Below are positions 15,013-22,356 of a stretch of DNA of 32,000 nucleotides, one piece after another (positions within the stretch are counted from its first letter, which is position 1; every line of letters begins with the position of its first letter). This DNA is from Candidatus Electronema aureum (lineage in GTDB: Bacteria > Desulfobacterota > Desulfobulbia > Desulfobulbales > Desulfobulbaceae), in NCBI GenBank assembly GCA_004284765.1, contig NQJD01000021.1:8758-40757 (forward strand), written 5' to 3'. The notes beneath the pieces were generated by a model. It saw only the letters and a program-made list of their open reading frames with translations, did not search any database and was not told the DNA's origin. The position numbers and the translations under genes were made by a program.

Positions 15013-16048
15013 CCGCAAAGGCATGGCCTTGGTGCTGACCCTGCTGGCGGTCAGCTTTATGGTTGCCGTGACGGTGCAGCTCGGTAGCTCAGTGAACTGG
15101 CAGATGCAGGCAGCGGCGAATCAGGGCAATCTGGTGCAGTTAGATGCTATGCTGCTTTCCGGTCTGCATGTAGCTCAGGCCGCGCTGCTGGCTGATCAGC
15201 GGGATAATCAGCACGACTCCGCCTTTGATCGCTGGGGTACCTTTGATGCTGAGGCCTTGGCCGCGCTTTTTCTCGGTGGGACGCTGGATATCCAAATCAG
15301 CGACGTATCTGGTTTGCTTCAAATCAACGCTTTGGTGCTGACCCCGGAAGAAAAAAAACAGCAGGAGCAGCAGAATAAAAAAAATAAGGGCGGGCAAAAG
15401 CAGGACAAGGAAAAAGCACGGCGGGAACTATGGCAGCGTTTGCTCAAAAATACCGCTGGACTGGAAAATGAAGAAGAAATTGCTTCGCTGCTCGACTGTT
15501 TATCCGACTGGATTGATAAGGACGAGGACGAGCGTGAGAACGGCGCGGAAAGCGGTTATTACAGCGGGCAGTCGCCTTCTTACGCTGCGGCGAATAGACC
15601 GATTATGCTGACGGATGAGCTGCTTTTGGTCAAAGGATGGCGAGGAAAAAGCGAAGAAGGAAACAAGCAAAAAACAGAAAACAACGTCGCTGTAGTGGTG
15701 GAATATCTCACCACTGCTGGGCGTGATGGTAAGATCAATCTGAACACCGCTCCAGCTCCGGTGCTGCTGGCTTTCCACGAAGAAATGACCGATGAGCTGG
15801 CTGCTACGTTGATTGAATTCCGGCAGGACGAGGACAACAAAGATAAATTAGGTCAGCCAGACTGGTACAAACAGGTGCCCGGTTTTCCCGGTGATATTGT
15901 CTTTGATCAGAATCTAATCACAGTCAGTAGCAGCTGGTTTAAAGTGACCGTGAATGCCGAGTTCAAAGGGCTGCGGCGCACGGGTCAGGGGCTTCTGCAC
16001 CGCTTAGACAATCAAGAACAGGAGTTGCTTTGGTGGAAGGCAGAATGA
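15002..16048 (+). CDS. gspK: Type II secretion minor pseudopilin GspK
   Basis: The N-terminus RKG|MALVLTLLAVSFMV lacks Glu at +5, as is typical for GspK. It is large (348 aa) and has the GYYSGQSPSYAAANRPIMLTDELLLVKGW and INLNTAPAPVLLAF (helix-hairpin-helix-like) blocks. Confidence 0.8.
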   Translation: MLRDRKGMALVLTLLAVSFMVAVTVQLGSSVNWQMQAAANQGNLVQLDAMLLSGLHVAQAALLADQRDNQHDSAFDRWGTFDAEALAALFLGGTLDIQISDVSGLLQINALVLTPEEKKQQEQQNKKNKGGQKQDKEKARRELWQRLLKNTAGLENEEEIASLLDCLSDWIDKDEDERENGAESGYYSGQSPSYAAANRPIMLTDELLLVKGWRGKSEEGNKQKTENNVAVVVEYLTTAGRDGKINLNTAPAPVLLAFHEEMTDELAATLIEFRQDEDNKDKLGQPDWYKQVPGFPGDIVFDQNLITVSSSWFKVTVNAEFKGLRRTGQGLLHRLDNQEQELLWWKAE

Positions 16049-16067
16049 CAGCACATCGCAAAGCGTC

Positions 16068-17603
16068 ATGGCGCAGACATCCTTAGGCATTGACATAGGC
16101 GACGACCTGCTCAGTGCAGTAGTGGTGAGCGGTACGGGCAGAGAAGCCCAAGTGACGGCCTGCGCCTCTCTGCCGCTGTCAGTCTCTGATCCTGACGCGC
16201 TGACCGAAGGACTTCGTCTGCTGCTGGAGCAGCTGGGTGAGCAGAGCAAAGCCGCCCACTGCGTTGTTGGGCTGTCGCTGACGTGGCTCAGTTTGCGCAA
16301 TCTGCATTTGCCGTTCACAGATGAAAAGAAAATTTGGCAAATTCTGCCCTTTGAGCTGGAGGAGCAACTGCTTCTGCCTGCGGACGAGCAGATCATTGCC
16401 ACGGTTTCCACAACGGGGCGAGAAGCTGGAACGTCCCTGCTGACAGCGGCGGCAGAAAAAACTTTGCTGCGGCAGCACTTGGATGTATTCCAAGGTTTTA
16501 ATCTGGAGCCGGATAGTATTTGTCCAGCGGTCTATGTGTTAGCTGACCGACTGTGCCGCACCGATCATGCGGGTAATACCTTCCTGCTCCTGCACAGTGA
16601 TTTCAGCTGTGTACAAATGGTGTTGGCCCGACACGGTGAAATTGTATTCATGCGGCGGTTAGCTTGGCCGGATGTCGTCTTTACCCACGCCTTGTTTCAA
16701 CAAGAGCAAGGCGGCATTACCATTGCTGACGCACTGGCAGCAGCAGATGCCTTCCGCAGTATCAGCGCGGCAGCACGGCGCAGTCTGGATTATTTCGCCT
16801 TGCAAAGTGGGCTGCAAAACATCCAGCCGGATTATTTTGTTTTGTCTGGCTCCATGCAGCATTGCCTTGGTTTTCGAGAAAATATCGAAGCTGATCTCGG
16901 TCTGTCCGGCAGGCTCTGTGATTTATTACGGGACGGTGCTGCTGCCTTGAGCAGCGAGATTACTGGGCAGTGGCAGGCAGCGGTTTACGACAAGGCATTG
17001 GCCTTAGCTCTGCTCACGGGCCGCCGAGGCAAAGAGGCTGGATTAGATTTCCGTCAAGGTGAGTTTGCGCCTCCCCGCCATCTGTTTGGCTCAAAAAAAC
17101 AAATCACGGCCTTGGCTATCGCAGCCGCCTTACTGCTGTTTGTCGGTTGTGGTTGGCTCTTTGCTGATTACCGTCAACTGCAAAAAAAATACAATCAGCT
17201 GGCAGGTAAGACAGAAAAGATTTTTCAGGAAAGTTTTCCCGGAGTCAATCCAGGGCCAGACCCATATCTGCATATGCGTTCGCGGCGGAAAAGCATGGAG
17301 ACCTCGCCGGTGGCTATGCCTATTTTCACTGAGGAGAAACGGGTGCTGGCCATTTTAGCGGACATCTCGGCCCGGATACCTGCCTCTATTCAGCTTCAAG
17401 TGGATCGGTTGGTGATTGACCAGACTACAGCCAGCATCAAGGGATCAACCGATGCGTTCAATAATGTGAACACCATGCAGAGTCTGCTCAATAAATCGGG
17501 CCGTTATGCTGAGGTGAAAATCGTTTCTGCCACCAAAGGCAAGAAAGACGAGGGCATTTTGTTCGAGATCAGACTCCAGCTGAAGACGGGGGCCGAATCC
17601 TGA
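16068..17603 (+). CDS. gspL: Type II secretion inner-membrane protein GspL (PilM-like cytoplasmic domain, TM, periplasmic domain)
   Basis: 511 aa. The N-terminus SLGIDIGDDLLSAVVV is an actin-like phosphate-1 motif as in PilM/GspL. It has a single TM (ITALAIAAALLLFVGCGWLF) at about aa 345 and a C-terminal domain of about 140 aa. It sits between gspK and gspM. Confidence 0.7.
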   Translation: MAQTSLGIDIGDDLLSAVVVSGTGREAQVTACASLPLSVSDPDALTEGLRLLLEQLGEQSKAAHCVVGLSLTWLSLRNLHLPFTDEKKIWQILPFELEEQLLLPADEQIIATVSTTGREAGTSLLTAAAEKTLLRQHLDVFQGFNLEPDSICPAVYVLADRLCRTDHAGNTFLLLHSDFSCVQMVLARHGEIVFMRRLAWPDVVFTHALFQQEQGGITIADALAAADAFRSISAAARRSLDYFALQSGLQNIQPDYFVLSGSMQHCLGFRENIEADLGLSGRLCDLLRDGAAALSSEITGQWQAAVYDKALALALLTGRRGKEAGLDFRQGEFAPPRHLFGSKKQITALAIAAALLLFVGCGWLFADYRQLQKKYNQLAGKTEKIFQESFPGVNPGPDPYLHMRSRRKSMETSPVAMPIFTEEKRVLAILADISARIPASIQLQVDRLVIDQTTASIKGSTDAFNNVNTMQSLLNKSGRYAEVKIVSATKGKKDEGILFEIRLQLKTGAES

Positions 17604-18148
17604 TGCGGCAGCTCAGTCAGAAAGACCGGCGGGCTTTGCTCTTCTGCGTTGCCGCGCTGCTGCTTTTTGGCCTATTCCAATTTGTTCTCTTTCCGCTGCT
17701 CGACGGACGGAAGCGGTTAGAGCGGGGAATCGCCAATCGGAAAAAGGCAGTAGCAGAAATGCAGGCCATGCAGTCTGAAATCAAGCAGTTCAGTCGCCAG
17801 AACAGCAGCCTCGGCGAACGGGTGACCCAGCGGCCCGAATCCTTCAGTCTTTTCTCTTTTTTGGAAAAGAAGGGCGAGGAAGCCAAGGTCAAGGACAACA
17901 TCCTTTATATCAAGCCCTCGGATACGATTAGTGACGAAGGCAGGCTACAGCAGGTGGCCGTGGAGATGAAGCTCCAAGCCGTGCCGATTGACCGATTAGT
18001 TGCCTTATTGGAATTGATTGAGTCGCCGGAAAATATTGTTGAAATTGAACGGATTTCCATCTTGACCAACAAGAAGGAGCAGGGCGGTCTGGATGCGGTC
18101 ATGCGGGTGGTCAGTCTGATGCAGCAGGCGAAACAAGGCGGTGAATAA
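17603..18148 (+). CDS. gspM: Type II secretion protein GspM-like
   Basis: 181 aa with an N-terminal TM (ALLFCVAALLLFGLFQFVLFPLL), then a coiled segment and an alpha/beta domain. Its start overlaps the gspL stop (TGATG). The call rests on topology, size and position. Confidence 0.65.
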   Translation: MRQLSQKDRRALLFCVAALLLFGLFQFVLFPLLDGRKRLERGIANRKKAVAEMQAMQSEIKQFSRQNSSLGERVTQRPESFSLFSFLEKKGEEAKVKDNILYIKPSDTISDEGRLQQVAVEMKLQAVPIDRLVALLELIESPENIVEIERISILTNKKEQGGLDAVMRVVSLMQQAKQGGE

Positions 18149-18151
18149 GCC

Positions 18152-19090
18152 ATGCAGATGAAGCAGATGCTGCCGGGCCGAGGCTTTTGCGGCTACCTGA
18201 TCTACACTGTGGCAGTGCTGCTGTTGATGCTCTGGCTCCAGTTTCCCGCAGCAGCGGTCAAAGCCAAGGCTGAGGCCGAGCTGAATCAGCTGACCCCTGG
18301 CTTAGAATGGCAGATCGGTACTATCGGTCTGACCCTGCCTGCGGATATCCGCTTCGGTCAAATCAAGGTTAGCGGTAAAGGGGAGAAAGAACCGTTAGTT
18401 CGGGCAGAAAGCCTTACTCTGCGACCTGATTTTTTCAATTGGCGTAGCTGGTCTGCTCTCTATCGTCTGCAACTACTGGGTGGCAGTGTTAGTGGTAGGC
18501 TCGGCCTGAGCAAAGACCGCAGCGGGCTGGAGTACAGCGGCGAGCTGCAAGGGATTCGCTTCGACAGCCCTGATTTTAAAAAATTGCTTGAAGGATACGA
18601 CCGGACAGTTTCTGGCACCTTGTCCGGCAATTTTACAGGACGCAGCGCGGGCCAGCAGGGTCTTTTTGCCGAGCTGCAAGGCAGTTTCAAGGTTGGGAAG
18701 GGCGCGATCAGCTTGCAGGCACCAGTCTTAGGCATGGATCAGATAGCCTTTGAGACGATCAGCAGTACGATAAAACGTCGCGCTGGCGCGGTACAGATAG
18801 AGGGCGGCAAACTGGAATCCCGGTTGCTGGCAGCTGAGTTCAGCGGCGATCTCCGCCTGACCGAGCCTGTGGCCTCATCATCAATTCGCCTAAAAGTCAG
18901 TTTAAATCCCCGCCCGGAACTCATGGCCTCAGTCGGCAGCCCCATGCTGATTAATCTGCTTAAAGGCCAGCTGAAGAACGACAAACTGCCCTTTACTGTC
19001 ACCGGTACTTTGAATGCGCCGGGGATTGTTTTTAACGGACTGCCTGCGGATTTCAATCAGCAGCTCCAAGGCAGGAGCGGGCAGCCATGA
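18152..19090 (+). CDS. gspN: Type II secretion protein GspN-like
   Basis: 312 aa with an N-terminal TM (FCGYLIYTVAVLLLMLWL) and a beta-rich periplasmic region with repeated G-x-L/F-x-G patterns. It follows gspM. The assignment rests on context and general resemblance only. Confidence 0.5.
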   Translation: MQMKQMLPGRGFCGYLIYTVAVLLLMLWLQFPAAAVKAKAEAELNQLTPGLEWQIGTIGLTLPADIRFGQIKVSGKGEKEPLVRAESLTLRPDFFNWRSWSALYRLQLLGGSVSGRLGLSKDRSGLEYSGELQGIRFDSPDFKKLLEGYDRTVSGTLSGNFTGRSAGQQGLFAELQGSFKVGKGAISLQAPVLGMDQIAFETISSTIKRRAGAVQIEGGKLESRLLAAEFSGDLRLTEPVASSSIRLKVSLNPRPELMASVGSPMLINLLKGQLKNDKLPFTVTGTLNAPGIVFNGLPADFNQQLQGRSGQP

Positions 19091-19911
19091 TTCGGGTTAT
19101 TGTGAAATTAGTAGTGATTGCTGCGCTGGCTGCTGGCGGAGTGCATCTCGGCTATCGGGAGCTGCAAAAAAAGCTGCTGACGAACAGCTGCTTGCCTGCT
19201 TTGCCTAAGCAGAAAGAGGCCGCTGGAGAAAAAACAACGGTGGGAGCAAGGCAGGGACAGCAGCCCGCGTCTGATGAGCCACAGAATTTTCAGATCATTG
19301 TCACACGGGATATTTTTCAAACCGCTGCGCCAGCAGTCGCGGCTACGCTGCCAGAGAAAACACCTCAGGCAGAAGTACCGGTGGTACCCACAGCCCTCAA
19401 GCTCATTTTGGCAGGTACCGTTACCGGTACCGAGCAGACAGCCAGAGCCATTATTATCGACAACACCTCCAAAGAAAAGAAACAGCAGCTTCTTCAGATC
19501 GGTGACGGAGTGCAAGGCGCGGTCATCAAGGTCATTGACTGGAACAGCATCACCTTGGACGTAAACGGCAAATTAGAGGTACTTGAGATGCCTAAGCCCA
19601 AGAATAGACCGGGCTTCGGCTCGCCAATCGGAATGATACCAGAGATGGCAGAACCGGATATCAGCCCTATCGTAGAAGATGAAATGATGCAGCGGGGAGT
19701 ACCACCAGTGCGGCCTAATCGGCGAATCAATTTGCCGCCAGACCTCAGTGCGCCCGAAGAAGCAGGAGAAATTACCGAAGAGGCTGCACCCGAACTGCCG
19801 ACAATGGAGGAGCTGCCTCCTCCGCCTGAGTTGCCTGGAATAGTGGAAGATGGGTCGCAACCACCTCACCTTGACGTACCCGTGCCTCCTGAGCTGCCAC
19901 CCATGAATTGA
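19087..19911 (+). CDS. gspC: Type II secretion protein GspC-like (HR domain, no PDZ, proline-rich C-terminus)
   Basis: N-terminal TM (VIVKLVVIAALAAGGV). The HR/PilP-like block is LKLILAGTVTGTEQTARAIIIDNTSKEKKQQLLQIGDGVQGAVIKVIDWNSITLDVNGKLEVLEM. It lies directly upstream of the secretin gene. Confidence 0.6.
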   Translation: MIRVIVKLVVIAALAAGGVHLGYRELQKKLLTNSCLPALPKQKEAAGEKTTVGARQGQQPASDEPQNFQIIVTRDIFQTAAPAVAATLPEKTPQAEVPVVPTALKLILAGTVTGTEQTARAIIIDNTSKEKKQQLLQIGDGVQGAVIKVIDWNSITLDVNGKLEVLEMPKPKNRPGFGSPIGMIPEMAEPDISPIVEDEMMQRGVPPVRPNRRINLPPDLSAPEEAGEITEEAAPELPTMEELPPPPELPGIVEDGSQPPHLDVPVPPELPPMN

Positions 19912-19924
19912 ATGCTGAAATATT

Positions 19925-22345
19925 ATGAAACAATCTCTCGTTACCGCCACCTGTCATCTTTTGCTCTGCTGTCTTCTTCTTTGTACCACTGCACCATTTT
20001 TGTCTGCCGCTGAAAAAAACGACAAGAAAAACAAGCCAGCAGCAGGCAAAGCAGAGCAACAGTTTGTGCAAATCAATTTTCCTGATATTGACCTCAATCT
20101 GCTGATCAATTTAATCAGCCAGATGACCGGCAAAAATTTTATTATCGATCCGGCAGTTAAAGGCAAAGTTACCATTATTTGCCCAGATAAAATTTCGGTG
20201 GAGGATGCCTACCGGGTCTTCGAGTCAGTGCTGGAGGTGCATGGCTTCGCCACCGTACCCAGCGGCTCTGTTATCAAAATTGTTCCGGCAGTGCAGGCTC
20301 GTTCTAAGAGTATCCCCACTATCTTTAAGGGCGAAACCAGTCGCACAGATGATAAAGTTGTTACTCGGATTATCCCTATCGTCCATTCTACGCCTGAGGA
20401 AATGAGGAAGCTGATCGCGCCGCTGATCTCAAAAACCACGGTGGTTATGCCCCATGAGCAGTCAGGCCTGCTGATCATCACCGACGCGCTGTCCAGCATC
20501 AATCGACTGCTGGAGATCATCAAGGCGGCGGATGTGCCTGCTGCTGAGGATGAGATGGAGATCATCCCTTTGAAATACGCTTCAGCGGAAAGCATCGGCA
20601 AATCCATCGGCCAGCTTTTTGTTCAAGCGGCAGCGGCGCGGCGGCAAGGTGCTGGAGGAATGCCGCCGCAGAGCGTCAAAATCATCCCCTACGAGCGCAC
20701 TAACTCGCTGATCGTTTTTGCGCCCAAGGAGCAGCTTGAGAAGTTGAAGCGCCTGCTGGAGCAGTTAGACAAGGAAGTGACGACGGAAGACGGTAATATT
20801 CATGTTTATTATCTGCAACATGCCAATGCCGAGGAAATGGTTAAGGTGTTGACCAGTCTGCCAACAAGCAAGCAAGGTAAAGAGACGGAAAACAACAAAA
20901 TCGTGCAGCCAAAGGCGGAAGAGCAGACACAGCCAAAGACAGAGCAGCAGCCGAAAACTGCGGCGCAGACTGCGGCCTCTGCCCAGCTTTCGGCGGATAT
21001 CAAGATCACCGCTGACCCGGAGACCAACGCCCTGATTGTCACTGCCGAACAAGAGGAATACATGGCTTTGGAGGAGGTGATCAAGCAGTTAGACATCCCC
21101 CGGCGGATGGTTTATCTCGAAGCCTTGATCATGGAAGTCTCGATTGACAAACAGTTTGAAATCGGAGCAGAATGGGGCGGGCTGGGCAGTTTCCACGATG
21201 AGACCGGTACCTTGGGCAGCGGTTTTAGCAAAGGCAGCTTCAATATGATCACCGGCATTGCCAAAGGTACGGCAGGAATGTCCTCGGGGGCTACGTTTGG
21301 TATTTTGAAAAAAGGGGTAGAAATCGGCGGCACCTATTTTCCCAACATCGGCGCGGTGGTCAATGCCTTTCAGAAGGATTCAGATATCAATATCATCGCC
21401 ACCCCGCAGATACTGACCACGGATAACAAAGAGGCAACCATCACCGTAGGCGAAAACGTACCCTATATCACCAGTAAAAACAGCTCATCCACTGGCAGCA
21501 CCCAAGATTACACCAATTACGAATACAAAGACGTAGGTACCACGCTCAAAATCACCCCGCAGATCAATCAAGCCAACTTACTCCGCTTGGACATCGGCGT
21601 AGAAGTCACCCGACTGAAAAGCGAGGCTGGCGTAGCCACACCTACCACGTATAAGCGTTCAGCAGCTACCACTGTCGTGATTCATAATCAGGAAATTGTG
21701 GTTATCGGCGGCATGATCGGCCAAGATGCCACCTCTGGTGATTACAAAGTGCCAGGCTTGGGTGATGTACCGGTGCTGGGTTGGCTGTTCAAAACTCACG
21801 AGAAGAGCCAGCGGAAGACCAATATGTTCATCTTCATTGCGCCAAAAATTGTGGAAAGTGCGCCAGAGCTGGCTGATTTGTATTACAAAAAGCGGGATAA
21901 GATGGAAGAGGAGAAACCGGGATCAGGCGAGGTACCAGAGAAGTTGCTGAAAAGTGGACAAAAGATAGAACACGCCTACGCCCTGATGGATCGCGGTTTT
22001 GCCAAGCTCCAGAATAAGGAGTATGGCGAGGCAAAAAAATATTTCGAGCAATCCCTCAAAAATGCGCCTGAAAACCCCTATGCGCTCATCAATCTGGGAA
22101 CTGTTTATCAACAGGAAGGAAAGAAGGACAAAGCGGCAGAAACGTATCAGCAAGTGCTTGATCTTGTCAAAAAAGAGGGAGATCAAGATGCGGCTCTCTT
22201 GACAGCGGTTCGCGCCCATCTCAGGCAACTGAAGCAGGAGAATAAACAGGCGGAAAAAATGGAGCCAACTGCACCAAAACAGGAAAAAAAGCCAGAGCCG
22301 TTGAAGGAAGTCCCTCAGGAAAAAGCAAAGCAGGAGAAACAATAG
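19925..22345 (+). CDS. gspD: Type II secretion secretin GspD with a C-terminal TPR extension
   Basis: 806 aa with a signal peptide and an N0 domain (FVQINFPDIDLNLLINLISQMTGKNFIIDP). Repeated N1-N3 units are present (NSLIVFAPKEQLEKLKRLLEQLD; NALIVTAEQEEYMALEEVIKQLD). The secretin core is ATPQILTTDNKEATITVGENVPY...VVIGGMI...VPGLGDVPVLGWLFK...NMFIFIAPKIV. Confidence 0.95.
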   Translation: MKQSLVTATCHLLLCCLLLCTTAPFLSAAEKNDKKNKPAAGKAEQQFVQINFPDIDLNLLINLISQMTGKNFIIDPAVKGKVTIICPDKISVEDAYRVFESVLEVHGFATVPSGSVIKIVPAVQARSKSIPTIFKGETSRTDDKVVTRIIPIVHSTPEEMRKLIAPLISKTTVVMPHEQSGLLIITDALSSINRLLEIIKAADVPAAEDEMEIIPLKYASAESIGKSIGQLFVQAAAARRQGAGGMPPQSVKIIPYERTNSLIVFAPKEQLEKLKRLLEQLDKEVTTEDGNIHVYYLQHANAEEMVKVLTSLPTSKQGKETENNKIVQPKAEEQTQPKTEQQPKTAAQTAASAQLSADIKITADPETNALIVTAEQEEYMALEEVIKQLDIPRRMVYLEALIMEVSIDKQFEIGAEWGGLGSFHDETGTLGSGFSKGSFNMITGIAKGTAGMSSGATFGILKKGVEIGGTYFPNIGAVVNAFQKDSDINIIATPQILTTDNKEATITVGENVPYITSKNSSSTGSTQDYTNYEYKDVGTTLKITPQINQANLLRLDIGVEVTRLKSEAGVATPTTYKRSAATTVVIHNQEIVVIGGMIGQDATSGDYKVPGLGDVPVLGWLFKTHEKSQRKTNMFIFIAPKIVESAPELADLYYKKRDKMEEEKPGSGEVPEKLLKSGQKIEHAYALMDRGFAKLQNKEYGEAKKYFEQSLKNAPENPYALINLGTVYQQEGKKDKAAETYQQVLDLVKKEGDQDAALLTAVRAHLRQLKQENKQAEKMEPTAPKQEKKPEPLKEVPQEKAKQEKQ

Positions 22346-22356
22346 GGCTGCCGCTG

